A stretch of 62,346 nucleotides of DNA, filler included, from Phoronis australis (GCA_002633005.1; 4 parts of 4 records of this genome joined end to end with filler, not necessarily neighbours in it); one strand, 5' to 3'; positions 11,622 to 25,100 are shown, counted from the first letter of the whole stretch. Notes: generated by a model from the letters alone, not told the origin. Numbers and translations: made by a program.

Positions 11622-11940
11622 CATTTGTGTTGATGTTGAATGACTAGTCACTTTATTTACAAGACCCATTTGTGTTGATGTTGAATGACTAGTCACTTTC
11701 TTTACAAGACCCCTTTGTGTTGATGTTGAATGACTAGTCACTTTCTTTACAAGACCCATTTGTGTTGATGTTGAATGACTAGACACTTTCTTTACAAGAC
11801 CCATTTGTGTTGATGTTGAATGACTAGTCACTTTCTTTACAAGACCCATTTGTGTTGATGTTGAATGACTAGTCACTTTCTTTACAAGACCCGTTTGTGT
11901 TAATGTTGAATGACTAGTCACTTTCTTTACAAGACTCATT
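11622..11940. repeat. 45-bp minisatellite, about 7 copies
   Basis: Unit CCATTTGTGTTGATGTTGAATGACTAGTCACTTTCTTTACAAGAC; about 3 more copies at 12747-12885. Confidence 0.95.
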
Positions 11941-13679
11941 TCTTCTGAGTTTGCTGCAAAGGTAACTCTTTTGCAGAGCTCCAAGAATGTGTGAGGTTTA
12001 GTAGTGGATCTTGTCCGCATTCCAGTTGCGAGCAACAGGCAACACTACTTCCACGAGTCCCATCCCTTTACGTCATCGTGGAGACGGAAAGAGAAAATGA
12101 AACAAGTGTGAATAACGTCATCCCGTTGCAGAAAAGTTTGGATTGCTCAGAAGTGGAAAAGAATTAGGAAGTGTGTACTAGACATACATTTTAGAACTAG
12201 TAAGTTGCACTATGAACAGGGAAGTCAAGAAAAATGGTGGTGCGCCATATAGAAGCTACACTGTAGGTCAAATTGAATTATGGCACACATGTGATTGCTG
12301 GAACGCAGGGAGCAGAACCCATGTTTAAAACCGGCCATTTGTCACTACAAAATTACTTTCAAAGAATTTATTCATACTACGAAGGACTTTATTTTTGATG
12401 CCACAAAGACGTCCCAAAGCATTTATACGAGTCAAAAAAAAACGCTTCGGAATATCGTAGGGCTGGTCAGCCCTTCCAAATTTCATTGTTCAGTTGCAAC
12501 TTATCTTTAGCCACAATAGTGTGACTTCCACAAACTGAGAAATTGTCATGGACTTTGCTTGCAGATAAGTGCAAGATGTGTTATTACGTCTATCCTACCA
12601 TAATCATCTTTTTTATATTAGTACTTTCTGTTTCAATTGACCCCTGGGGTGCATCGCTTAATCAATTTACTGAAGTGAGTTTGCTATATTTTTTTATAAA
12701 AGCTGGTTTGTGACTATTTGATAAAGCAAAAAAGGATGTCACAAANCATTTGTGTTGATGTTGAATGACTAGACACTTTCTTTACAAGACCCATTTGTGT
12801 TGATGTTGAATGATTAGTCACTTTCTTTTCAAGACCCATTTGTGTTAATGTTGAATGACTAGTCACTTTCTTTACAAGACTCATTTCTTCTGAGTTTGCT
12901 GCAAAGGTACTCTTTTGCAGAGCTCCAAGAATGTGTGAGGTTTAGAAGTGGATCTTGTCCGCATTCCAGTTGCGAGCAACAAACAACACTACTTCCACGA
13001 GTCCCATCCCTTTACGTCGTCGTGGAGACGGAAAGAGAAAATGAAACAAGTGTGAATAACGTCATCCCGTTGTAGAAAAATTTGGATTGCTCAGAAGTGG
13101 AAAAGAATTACGATGTGTGTACTGGACATATATTTTAGAACTAGTAAGTTGCACTATGAACAGGGAAGTCAAGAAAAATGCTGGCGCGCCATATAGAAGC
13201 TAGGTCAAATTGAATTATGGCACACATGTGATTGCTGGAACGCAGGGAGCAGAACCCATGTTTAAAACCGGCCATTTATAACTACAAAATTACTTTCAAA
13301 TAATTTATTTATACTAGGAAGGACTTTATTTTTGATGCCACAATGACCTCCCAAAGCATTTATACGAGTCAAAAAACGCTTCGGAATATCGTAGGGCTGG
13401 TCAGCCCTTCCAAATTTTATTGTTCAGTTGCAACTTATCTGTAGCCACAATAGTGTGACTTCCACAAGCTGAGAAATTGTCATGGACTTTGCTTGTCGAT
13501 AACTGCAAGTTGTGTTATTACTTCTATCTTACGATAGTCATCTTTTTATATTAGTACTTTCTGTTTCAAATGACCCCTGGGGTGCATCGCTTAATTAATT
13601 TACTGACGTGAGTTTGCTATATTTTTTCATAAAAGCTGGTTTGTGACTAGTTGATAAAGCAAAAAAGGGATGCCACAAA
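11757..13679. repeat. Direct duplication of about 0.95 kb (11757-12745 and 12747-13679) joined at a single N
   Basis: Colinear, highly similar copies with scattered substitutions and small indels; the junction is the N at 12746. Confidence 0.9.
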
Positions 13680-13724
13680 CCAGTGGAAGTGCATTGTAAA
13701 TCAAATATATGGACTAAGTGACAA

Positions 13725-13726
<2 letters not shown>

Positions 13727-13776
<50 letters not shown>

Positions 13777-13809
13777 TGTGTCTGNGTGTGTGTGTGTGTG
13801 TGTGTGTGT
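13727..13809. repeat. (TG)n microsatellite
   Basis: About 40 TG units with minor interruptions and one N. Confidence 0.97.
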
Positions 13810-13997
13810 ATGGGCCGCAGCAACCGGGCAAAAAAGTTAAAAGGAAAATCAAACCTAATTCGTAAAAATCAATCGTATTTGTGTTTATTATTATGATTTA
13901 GATTGTACAACTATTTGACTTATTGTGAATAAATGAATGTTTTCAGACATTTCAAATACCGGTCATGAAGTCATTCATTATTTAAGCAAAATATCGG

Positions 13998-14095
13998 TAT
14001 AGAGTATACTGGACCATAAAATATAGAGTATACTGGACCATAAAATATAGAGTATACTGGACCATAACATATAGAGTATACTGGACCATAACATA
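13998..14095. repeat. 24-bp tandem repeat, 4 copies
   Basis: Unit TATAGAGTATACTGGACCATAA(A/C)A. Confidence 0.9.
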
Positions 14096-15619
14096 TTCCA
14101 GTTTTAAACACTTCACTTATTAGTTCAGTCGCATCATGTCAGTATGTATTATGTAAAATGCGTAGTTCACACAAACTCCGTCTACCCCGCTCCACTACAG
14201 ACCTTCGTTGAGCCCGTTTCGGTACCGCTTTGGACCCAGGTAGTGCACCGGCCCTCCACTCAGATTCGAGGTCTTCTATTTTTCTCGCGGGCAGTTTTTT
14301 CGCGGAGGGTGACCAGTTCCGTACTGGCCTTGGTGACGTCAGTCCGTCGGCTCGACGGACTGGGTGAGATCAGTCCGTCAGCTTAATTTCACTCCATCCA
14401 GCCTTCCTTGAGTAAACTTAATTATTTATCGAAGTTGGAAATTATGGCGTTCTACCGTTATTTTGTTGCTATAATTGTGATGGACTCTTTTGGGTCGGCT
14501 TTCGTCGTCATTGGTCTCAACTCTAGTACAAAATCTTTGAACTACACCGAGAATAAACAAACAAAATAACCCAGGATTTCTCCAATTTAGTTTGCCTGTA
14601 TGCACGGCTTCGCGTTCTGGTACAAACACACTATTTTATACAGTTTATCAGATGTGTTGTAATTTAATTTACATCTCCATGTCCAGTCGGCGAATGCTTT
14701 TTAAAAGCAATGAGTACCGAAACAATAAAATTGACCTCTGTTGAACGACAAATGTTTGGTTAAAGAACATGCTGTATACCGAAGTAGTGACCGTCAAGGG
14801 GTGCGATAAAGGTTTGGTCATAGGATGACCCAGTGTTGAACAATGATGTTATCGCACCATAGGCGGATTTAGGGGGGGGGGGGCAGGGGGCCTGGACGGT
14901 TTCAGCAAGGACTAAAACTTTCTTTTATTGTATTGCTTTTTTGAAGCCAAAACAAGATCCATGGTTAACTTTCCGGAAAACGTTTTTAGCACACTCAATT
15001 TGAAACCATCAAGCTTAGATTTGCCTTTTGTAAATTGCTAACGAAACTTCTTTGTTATAACTGAAACATGTTTTAGTTCCCTGTTTCATTTTTCTGCAGT
15101 CTTTGTCAAACCACTCATTTTTCTAACTCTATGCTGTCGATTTTGTTCCATTCCGGTAATTTCCCCACAATTTCTAATTAGTCACAAAAGACCCCGGCTG
15201 CATTCCACAACCCCGTTCTAGTTATGCATTTCTTCGTCAAACTCGGAAGGGTTAATTTTGAATTGAGCAACCCAATAAAATTATTCGTATTGTGTTATTT
15301 CCGTCTATCTGCGGTAGACGTCTGTCACTGCTAAAACATCTGGTAGGTGACTGAATGCAACAAGAGCACCATTACAAAACTCTAAATGTAGGTTCATCAA
15401 AAATGTTCTATCTACTGGGTTAGTTTGAAATTGCCGATCTTAATACTTTCATCGTCTGTTTAGCAATTGCTGCAGCTTGTTCAGCAGAACAAAACCAAGT
15501 ATCGAAATCCATACTGCATAGAAGTCTGCTTCGAAACGTGATGAAGTTGAAGAGCATAGGCACTCCGTTGCATCGAAGACAGGTGGAACGACAAAGCCAC
15601 GTAACATCGACATTATTAN

Positions 15620-15718
15620 NNNNNNNNNNNNNNNNNNNNNNNNNNNNNNNNNNNNNNNNNNNTTAATTAATTAANNNNNNNNNNNNNNNNNNNNNNNNNN
15701 NNNNNNNNNNNNNNNNNN
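15620..15718. other. Artificial contig spacer (N-run, TTAATTAATTAA, N-run)
   Basis: A six-frame stop linker embedded in Ns; the same design occurs three times in the window. Confidence 0.95.
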
Positions 15719-15841
15719 GCCTCTTCTTCAGAGACGAGCCATTCTAATTCCGATGCTTTGGGTAGATGTTTAGCGTGGAACTTCTTCAACAGGGCAATGG
15801 CTACGGCCTCAGCTGACATCATATTACTGTCCGTCAGTGAG
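15719..15841 (-). CDS. RUBCN: Rubicon exon (cut off by the gap)
   Basis: Acceptor tatgtttag|15841. SSLTDSNMMSAEAVAIALLKKFHAKHLPKASELEWLVSEEE matches the Rubicon motif SAEAVA.gLLkqF....LP.ASELEWLV. It joins the previous exon in phase 2. Confidence 0.92.
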
Positions 15842-16317
15842 CTAAACATACATATAATATGCAGTCAAATAAGGTAAATAGTCTTTTTTACCAAAGCATA
15901 ATCAGTTACCCTTCCCCCCCCTACCCCCCTTCCCCCCTTCTTAATGTGACACACAAAAAGAAAATTATGAACTCATACAATTGCAACGTTTGCACCAAAA
16001 CTATGCCACAGATTTTCACATTTCATAGCTTAGTGTTTCTAATAACAAAAGGAATCATACTATTTCAGTGTTCGGCATTCTACTGCTGCATACATCATGC
16101 AGTTTTCTCCTCAGCCCATGGGCATGTGTTTTGGTTAAATTTTTTGAGAATAAATTAGATAAGTCAAGTAACATGATTTACAAAAAAGGCAAAATACAGA
16201 CTGCAGTAGGCATTAGGCTGAAAAATGGGACGGTAATATAAAGACCAGATGAAGAAGCAATGTATAGTCCCAGTTAATGCGATAATCAGACAAAACTTGA
16301 GCAGGGGACTAAACATT

Positions 16318-16628
16318 TGAGTGTGATGTCTAAAGTGTGGTGCCTTAACATTTGAGAGTGGTGCCTTAGCGTTTGAGTGTGGTGTCTTAACAGTTGAGTG
16401 TGGTGCCTTAGCGTTTGAGTGTGGTGCCTTAACATTTGAGTGTGGTGCCTTTACATCTGAGTGTGGTGCCTTAACATTTGAGTGTGGTGCCTTTACATCT
16501 GAGTGTGGTGCCTTAACATTTGAGTGCGGTGCCTTAACATTTGAGTGTGGTGCCTTAACATTTGAGTGTGGTGCCTTAACATTTGAGTGTGGTGCCTTAA
16601 CATTTGAGTGCGGTGTCTTAACAGTTGA
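16318..16628. repeat. 21-bp minisatellite, about 15 copies, in a Rubicon intron
   Basis: Unit TTTGAGTGTGGTGCCTTAACA; it accounts for the spurious PHSNVKA ORF. Confidence 0.95.
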
Positions 16629-16685
16629 GATTGGCGAGCCAGCACGCGCAAACTGCTTGGTGAGAGCTCTATGCATGTAGTTCAC

Positions 16686-16860
16686 CTCTGCCTGACAATG
16701 GTGGCATTGTGCTTTTTTATCTCCGTCTCCGAGTACATGGACCCCATGGACAGGGACAGACCTGTGTCCTGAAGTGCCGACAGGTTGGACTCAGTACCCT
16801 GCTGCGACACCTCAATCTCAATAGTATTCTCGTCGACACTGCTGCTCTCACTGGCATCAT
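16686..16860 (-). CDS. RUBCN: Rubicon exon
   Basis: Acceptor ttactttcag|16860, donor 16686|gtgaac, phase 1 to phase 2. DASESSSVDENTIEIEV...SNLSALQDTGLSLSMGSMYSETEIKK resembles Rubicon SNL....nGLSvSlaSMfSdadI. Confidence 0.85.
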
Positions 16861-16960
16861 CTGAAAGTAAACTCCACCATAACAGCTCTGCTATCTAGAT
16901 CAATGGCAATGGCTAACAATTTTTAATTAATTGCGGATGAAATGGAGAGTATAGAATTCA

Positions 16961-17426
16961 AGGTTATGTAGGACCCTAGGAAAATGTCCAAATTAAATTT
17001 CACTAACTTCGGAACATCACATCTCCGAAACGGCTGACAGGATTCATACGAAACTCTCAGCTACTATCCGTATGCTTTATGCGTTATTCTCCAAAATTGT
17101 GATAAGATTTCCACTTTGGCATGATTGTTTATCAAATATTGGACTTTTGGGATTTTTTTGAAACAAATCAAAGTTGCTAAAACAAAATAAATTTAGAAAA
17201 CTGTAAAAGTTTTTTTAAAATTTCATCTTGGAATATTGATATCAAATGATATTTCATCACTGTCATGATATTGTTATTTTGCTGAGTGTACCTTGTTTTT
17301 TTGGTACTAAGTCAAAAAACAAATTCTAGAGACCTACTTTCAGAAAATATACCGTACTAACAATCTATTGCTTAGTAGATCTTTGGCTAAACATAACAGA
17401 CTTGTGGGTAAGGTCCTACAAAACCT
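16961..17426. mobile_element. Degenerate TIR element (Kolobok-like MITE)
   Basis: Ends AGGTTATGTAGGACC and GGTCCTACAAAACCT. A second related right end lies at ~18450-18499. The TSD is not cleanly preserved. Confidence 0.45.
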
Positions 17427-17440
17427 TTTGTTTTGTAGAT

Positions 17441-18445
17441 TTTTATTTATTTTATTTATTTATTATTATGATACTTAAAATGAGGGTGGCCTCTTCAGTG
17501 ATAGCACTGCTTTCCAAGAGGGCCCTCAACAAGAAAAACAGTAATATAATACAATGAAGTAATAAAACAACAATGAAATATACGTAACAAAGATACAATT
17601 AAAACAGGTTGAGAATTAAGACAATAACTACATGACAAATAATGGTAAAAATTTAACTAAGACAGATGAAATAAATTAAGAGATGATTCTACACAGTGAG
17701 AATATTTACGACAATGAAAACATGACATGATTAAGACAGGCAGGGTATAAAAGGTCAAGTAAATTACAGCCACTTTTTAATATTTACTTTAATTGTAGTA
17801 ATTGAATTGGACCGTTTAATTTCTGGGCTAAAAGAATTCCATTTTATAGCAGCTGCATAGATAAAAGATCTCTTGCCCGTCTCGGTTTTAATTTTTTTAG
17901 AATAAACATTGCCAGCAACAGAAGAACGTGTAGAATATACAGCCTGGCTATTGAATTTACTTCTGAGATAAGCTGGAGCCAAGCCATTGATACATCTGTA
18001 CATGCAACAGGCAGAGAGATATTTATTTCTTTGTCTTATTTTCATAAATCCCAGCTTGGAATACAAGTTGTCAACCCTAGTGTCCCTAATTCTAGTACCC
18101 AGGAAAGCCCAGGCGGCTCTATTTTGGATTACTTGGACTTTGCTGTCACAGGGGTGTCACCAGTGTGCCCCCAAACCGGTAAACAATAATCAATATGAGG
18201 CTGAATAATAGAATGGTAAAGGTCTTAAGAGTACTGACATTAAGAAATTTGCCTAGATGTTTAAGTACACCGGTTTTCTTAGATAATTTCTTTGTGATAT
18301 GATCTATGTGCATAGAAAATTTAAGATTGGGATCTAAAGTAAGGCCCAAGTACTTAAACTTGTCAACATTCTCCATGGGAGAACTGTTGATAGAAAGGGA
18401 TAGTTTTTGTTGTTTTAATTTCTGGTGGGTTCCAAACAGCATCGA
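17441..18445 (-). mobile_element. 5'-truncated CR1/L2-group LINE (end of ORF2, 3' UTR and tail)
   Basis: MLFGT..KL...ENVDKFKYLGLTLDPNLKFSMHI and MYRCINGLAPAYL...YSTRS...GKRSFIY.A...WNS are typical CR1/L2 ORF2 C-terminal motifs. It ends in a GAGGGCCCTCTT...AAGAGGCCACCCTC stem-loop and an (AATAAAT)n-like tail. Confidence 0.88.
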
Positions 18446-18944
18446 CTTGATATTCGGCTAATCATTACACAGTCTTGTGAGTAAGGTCCTACACAGCCTT
18501 TGTAGCCATAATGATTCACACCATACACAACAGTTTGACATGTTATCCATGTAAAAGTCATACCAAGAAAAACCAGACCTGCTGGAAGACAAAATTCACA
18601 GCCGAGTGTGACAAACAGTACTTCCTGTAACAGTTGTGCATATGATATACGGACAGGAAATGAAGACTGACCTGAGAAATGTAATGATTCGTGAAGAGAA
18701 CTAAATAAAGACTGACCTGAGAAAGCTGATGATTCGTGAACAGAACTAAATGGCGATGTACTTGTAGTGTTAGCTGAAATGAGATAACACATGAAAAAAT
18801 ATTTAGTACACAAATTGTACATAAAAGCAGTGCATGCACTAAAAGTACACTCCTTTCTTTATGAACTGCTGTGAGGCACTGATGCTGGTAAAAATCAAGT
18901 TAGCAGCAATGAATCATCCTGTCGAAGCGATCACTGAACTGCAT

Positions 18945-19875
18945 GGGGCAGACGGTATTGACAATCAATGATTTCCATGTGGCATACTGTGTAGACAATC
19001 AATGAACTTCATGTGGCAGACTGTGTTGACAATTAATGAACTTCATGCAGCAGACTGTGTTGAGAATCAATAACTCCACAAGGCAGGCTGTGTTGACAAT
19101 CAATGAACTCCATGTGGCAGACTATGTTGACAATCAATGAACTCCATGTGGCAGACGGTGTTGACAATTAATGAACTTCATGCGGCAGACTGTGTTGACA
19201 ATTAATGAACTTCATGCAGCAGACTGTGTTGACAATCAATGGGATCCATGTGGCAGACTGTGTTGACAATCAATGGGATCCATGTAGTAGACTGTGTTGA
19301 CAATCAATGAACTCCATGTGGCAGGCCGAGTTGACAATTAATGAACTTCATGCAGCAGACTGTGTTGACAATCAATGAACTTCATGAGGTAGACTGTATT
19401 GACAATTAATGAACACCATGTGGCAGACCATGTTGACAATAAATGAACTTCATGTGACAGACCGTGTTGACAATCAATAAACTCCATCTGGCAGAAATGT
19501 GTTGACAATCAATGAACTCTATGTAGCAGACTGTATTCACATTCAATGAACTCCATGTGGCAGACTGTGTTGACAATCAATGAACTCCATGTGGCAGACC
19601 ATGTTGACAATTAATGAACTTCATGCAGCAGACTGTGTTGACAATCAATGAACTTCATGAGGTAGACTGTATTGACAATTANAATGACCTCCAGGTGGCA
19701 GACTGTGTTGACAATTAATGAACTTCATGCAGCAGACTGTGTTGACAATTAATGAGCTTCATGTGGCTGACTGTGTTGACAATCAATGAAATCCATGTGG
19801 CAGACTGCGTTAACAACCAATGAACTTCATGTGGCAGATTGTGCTGACATCAACGACCTCCAGGTGGCCGACTGG
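18945..19875. repeat. 34-bp minisatellite, about 27 copies
   Basis: Unit GCAGACTGTGTTGACAATCAATGAACTCCATGTG with variant subtypes; head-to-tail with no unique spacers. Confidence 0.95.
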
Positions 19876-20090
19876 GTAATTAGGAATGCAAACTTGCAAC
19901 TAATTCAAAAAGTTTCAACCTTAAACACGAACCAAAACAACAATGCTTTTTAAAAGGGGAGTAATGTAGCACTGACTTGACAGTCCGATTTTTCTCAATA
20001 CAGAACATGAAGAGAATGTCTGATTACGACGAATTGCAGAAAACGAATAACATTTATATGTAACAAACAGCTGCAAATTCACATTTAATA

Positions 20091-21155
20091 AAACAAGAGC
20101 AACTCAGTGTTGAAATGTGCCCACAAATGCACCGCAAACGGTGAAAATTTGTATATCATAAAAATGTCCACTAGATGGCACAAAATATATCAAATCCGTC
20201 CCAAAACGGCAACATGTCATTGATTCTTTAATAGAAAGTTATTTACCAAATGTCATCAAGATCAGTCAAGAAAGTTTAGAGAAACAGAGGAAAATGAAAA
20301 ATAATGAAATTCCAACTAGGGGGCACAGCATTCGTCAGATCCATCTGAAAGTCGTCCTCCGTTGTCAACTTCATATCAATAAACTTGATAAATTGAATAA
20401 AGATCCTGCAGTAGGTTTAAAAGATATTGCTATGGGCGCAAAAAAAAACAAAACTGCAAGAGCAGTTGAAATTGTCAGAAAATCATCGCCAACTATGATC
20501 CACTTCACACTAAAAACATATATGCCAATTTTCACAATTATCTTTAGAGTAGTTTGGATTATAGACAGGCGTACGCCAAAAACAGACTAGAAAACAGTAA
20601 AAATGACCACTATATGGCGCAAAATATGTCTAATCCATCAGAACACAGGAAGATGTCATAGGTTCTGTAACAGAAAGCTATTATCAAATTTCTAAAAAAT
20701 TCCTCAAGGAACTTAGAAAAAGAGAAGAAAACGGAAAAATGAAATTGCCAATAGGGGGCACATTATTTGCCACATCTGTCTGAAAGTTGTCGTCAACCGT
20801 TGCCACCTTCATAAAAATACACTTGCTTAATTTTACAATGATCCTGCAAAAAATCAAAACTGCCACTAGGAGGTGCCACAGTGGTTGAAGTTGTCACAGT
20901 CATCGTCAACCATCCTCTTTCCACTAAGAACATTACATGTCAATTTTCACAATCATCCTTAAAGTGGTATGGTTAATAGACGGGCGGATACAGTAAAAAT
21001 GGCCACTAGGTGGCGCAACATACCTCGAATCCATCCCACAATGGGAGGACACCGTCATTTCACTAATTGATGCCTAAGTGTCAAAGTTCATGAAAATCTC
21101 TTGAGGACCATCGAAGATTCAGAGGTAAACATAAACAAACTAAAATTAACACTAG
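20091..21155. mobile_element. Older Helentron-type HINE, left part
   Basis: Begins AAACAAGAGCAAC...GTTGAAATGTGCCCACA like the 22254 copy and has diverged internal CCACTAG-core repeats. Its probable other end is at 25270-25433. Confidence 0.75.
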
Positions 21156-21159
21156 TCAG

Positions 21160-24100
21160 ACAAGTGCGTGGTCATCACTTTCATAATTGCTTTCTCAGAA
21201 TACGTCAATACAGTTAAGCAGGTAATTGAGAACAGAGCAAGGCACTATACGCCCTTGGTCAACGTAGATCCCCCCATCATAGATGACTGTCTTCACCTAG
21301 AAGTTATAATTCTCATGAATAGCTATTTTGTAGTTGTCAGAAAAAGAAGAATCAGAACAAGCGAAAAAAGAGATTGAATCTCTTGTCAGTTTCACTACCT
21401 CCCAAAACAAAAATATCCCATCTGCTGAATTGGACAAAAGACTGACCTGTATAATCTGCAGGATAAACCTGAATGAATGAGAGCTGAAGAAATGATAGGT
21501 CTAATGGTGGGTGGAGGCAGGTGAAAAACATTGAAAGTATTTTTGGAATCTGGAAAAACGCACTTTTGTCAAAAAGAATCTTACAAAAACGGTAACGGTG
21601 AATGGTGAAACAACTGAGGATCAAAACTTATAAAAGAAATGTCAATTTTATGAGGAACTGTATTCGTGATGAGACAGATTACTAGACAAATTTAATTAGA
21701 ATGTCTTAAGGAGCACCACAATTCCTAAATTATTTGAAGCTGAAAGCAACTCACTCGAATAAAAATCTCAGAAGGGAAGGTGCTCACGTCTTTGAAGCAT
21801 ATGAACAATAATAAAAGTCCAAGTCCGGATGCTTTCACCACTGAACTTTATAAATTTTTCTGGAATGACCTAGCATACAATCATAGTTTCAGAAGAGGCT
21901 TCCTTCCAAACTCCCCAACTCCAGGGAGTTATTACCATCATACCCAAAGGGAATAAACCGAGAAATAACATAAAAAATGGAGGCCTATTTTCTTCTTGAA
22001 TATCAGTTACAAACTTTTGTTGTCTTGTATTTCCCAATGAGTTCATTCTGTAATATAAAAGTAAATACACCCTGACCAAAAAGGTTTTCTCAGGGCATTT
22101 TATAGCACAAAATACAAGGCAGTCTTATGACTTCATGCAGCTTACTGAACAGTTGAATAAAGCAGGTGTACTTATACTGGTGGACTTTGAAAAGGCATTT
22201 GACTCCTAATCTTGGTATTTTGTTGACAAAATTCTCAGTTTTGATGACTCAATAAACAAGAGCAACGCGGAGCGTTGAAATGCGCCCACAATTGCACCGC
22301 ATACGGTATCCTTCTAGGGTTGTTTATTGGTACCATAAAGTGGCCAGTAGAGGGCATACTTTGCAAAATGGAAAGGCATGGTCATTGTCTCCTCAATAGG
22401 CTAGGGGCAAAATGTGAGTAATCTTCATAATACAAGCACATCCTATACACCAGTTGCTTAAAGCACCACAGAAACATAGAATTAAAAACAAATTTACCAA
22501 CATACGAGATTAGCACAGCATTAGAATGCCAGAAACAAATTTCTACTTGGAACTTTTCCTTCACAGTCACGAAGTAACACAAAGTATACACCTGAAGACC
22601 TATGAAAATACAGAGGTCAATGTAAAATACTAAAATTGCCACTAGAGGCAAATACTAAAATTGCCACTAGAGGCATACCGGTAATCAGAATCATCCTAAA
22701 GTCGTCATCGTCCGTTGTCAACATCACATAAATACACTTGCTAAATTTAGTAAAGATCCTGCGAACGGTTTGGGAGATACAGCCATGGGTGCAAAAAAAC
22801 AAAACTGCCACTAGGAGGCGCCACAGTAGTCCAAATCGTCTGAAAATCATTGTCAGCTGTCTTCCTTATAGTAAGCACATACACGCCAATTTTCACAATC
22901 ATCCTTTGAGCGGTTTGGTTGATAGAGGGGTGGACGCAAAAATACAGACTCGAAAACAGTAAAAATGGCCACTAGGTGGCGCAAACTACGTCGAATCCAT
23001 CTGAAAACAGTAGGATAGCGTCATCTCACTAATAGGTGCCTACATACCAAATTTCATGAAAATCCGTTCAATACTTTTGAAGATACAAAGGTAAGCGTAA
23101 AAAACTAAAATTGCCACTAGGGGGCACACCGGTAGTCGGATCCGTCCGAAAGTTCGCACATGCCGTCCCATTCATGAATGGAACATATGTGCCAAATTTC
23201 ATGAACGTGTGTCAAAGGGTTTTGGAGATAGAGCAGCGGACGCCGGTCGCCAGACGCCGGACGGACGCCGCCCGGACGGACGGACGGACAGAGATGACGG
23301 CATAATGCGTCCACATATAAATATGTGGGCGCATAAAAATGGGTCCATACACTTAATAGATGGGCAAAGCAATGTGTTATACAGAACGGTGTCACATTTA
23401 ACTATTTTGACACAGGACGTGGTTGCAGGCAATGTGATCCGTTATCACCATACCTTTTTATTCTATGTGCAGAGATTTGGGGTTGGATCTTTCGACTACA
23501 ATAGTGTTAGGGGCATCCGGGTGGGATGGGTGGAAAATAAACTGATACAGCATGCAGATGATATGGTTATACCTTTAGATGACTCGAAGCAGTCTCTGTG
23601 GAAAACACTTCACATTTTAAACCAATTTGCAAAATGTTCCGATCTAAAGCCTAATCTGGAAAAAACAATTTGTATTTGGATAGGTTCTATGAAGGGTAGC
23701 TACCAGAAATGTGTTGTGATGTAAAACTGAAATGGGCAACATCAATACTGAATCCAATTCTCCATTGATTTAAGTTCCCAACTTTAATTTTAACAGTAGC
23801 TTGGTGAAATAAAGAAGGCTATAGACATGTGGGGAAAAGAAACTTGACACTTGTTGGAAGAATTAGCAGCTGTGAAATCCATAATAATGTCAAAACTCAC
23901 ATCTTTTTACAAATCTCCCGTCCTCTACACAGGCCTTTTTGAAGCAACTGAACAAAATGTTCTGTTTTGTATGGAACGATAAAACAGAAAAAAATTTTCA
24001 CAAGACTATGCCTCAAAAGTATAATGTTGGTGGAGCCAGAATGATTGACTTCTTTTATGAAAGTCATTAAGTTAATCTGGTTTTGTAAACTACTTTGTCA

Positions 24101-25100
24101 AAGTACAAGACAGTACATGGGCAGTTTTAGCAAATGGTCTGTTATCAAGAGTTTCAAATAATTACTTAATTGTTCGGGAATTTCTATTTTACAAAGATGT
24201 CTCTAACGGCTTCAAATATGTTTTGGAAAGAGGTTTTTCAATGTGTACATGAATTCAGATTGCTAGTTCCCGAAAACAGTGGTATTCATCAGCCTCTACG
24301 ATTTAATTCGAATATATAGATAACAAGCCCGTTTTTTAGAAATAGTGGTTTCAAAAAGGCACAACTCATGTACACGATTTACTTAATTCTGACAGTTGTT
24401 TCCTTAATTATGAGCAGTTTATACAGAAATTTGACCTCACCACTCAAGTTACTTTATTTTATGGTCTACAAAGCTTATTATACCCTAAATGGAGTCATCT
24501 GAGATAGAGAAAGCATCAAGTAATGTTAACATTCCGTCCACGATACATCGAAGTTATTTTGGGAGATGTCCAAGGAGTAATTAAAATTTATGTTGCTGTA
24601 TCTTAAAATTGCAAAACAACAAAGGGTGAAATGAAGTGGAGTGAAAAATTAAATGTCCCAGATACTACAGAATGGTGGTACTATGTTTTTCCTACATCCA
24701 TTCATTCAAGATGATTCTATGAGATGGTTCCAATTAAGACTGGTTCACAGAATTATAGACTGTAATGAATTGTACACGAGATTGGCGTAATTGATAGCTC
24801 ATTATGTAACGATACTCAACAGTTTTGAACTAATGTAAATAACTGGTTCGAAGATGCTGTTGGACATAGTTTAGAACTGTCCTTACAATCAGTTCTGTTT
24901 GGTGTTCAGGTGGAAGCAGTTTTACATAGTATGGTTCTTTGCGTCGGCAAGTAGCACATTTATAAACAAAGCGTGAAGTGCAAAAATCCCTGCCTTGCAC
25001 TGTTTAAAAAGACAGTTGCATTGTACATTTCCACACTGAAAGGTATATATTACATACATAAACAAAATAAAGAATGATGAATTTATAGAGCGCTGGCAAG
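21160..25100 (+). mobile_element. Degenerate Tx1/L1-clade LINE ORF2 (RT and C-terminal region), interrupted by a HINE
   Basis: Frameshifted motifs in the correct order: KSPSPDAFTTELYKFFWNDL, GVITIIPKGNKP, DQKGF, GVLILVDFEKAFDS, KLIQHADD, LKPNLEKT.CIWIGS, RWFQLRLVHRII. Confidence 0.85.
22254..23337. mobile_element. Complete Helentron-associated non-autonomous element (HINE/DINE-1-like)
   Basis: SubTIRs TGCGCCCACA (22281-22290) and TGTGGGCGCA (23324-23333), a short partner IR at 23306-23318, terminal hairpin CAACGC-GGA-GCGTTG, a (GGAC)n microsatellite and internal CCACTAG repeats. It is inserted in an A/T run with no TSD. Confidence 0.85.

Noticed and set aside
11532-12035. 167-aa repeat ORF (likewise ORFs at 16164-16685, 29211-29558, 31070-31387 and 37438-37971)
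   Set aside because: They are open only because they run through or out of stop-poor minisatellites; most lie in introns and have no domain features.
14430-15480. Possible LINE endonuclease relic on the minus strand (DVLAVTD resembling D.laitETWL)
   Set aside because: Only one short motif is recognisable and no extended frame could be rebuilt.
18945-19875. CRISPR-like appearance of the 34-bp array (also the 45-, 39- and 55-bp arrays)
   Set aside because: Units are head-to-tail with no unique spacers, there are no cas genes, and the context is eukaryotic.
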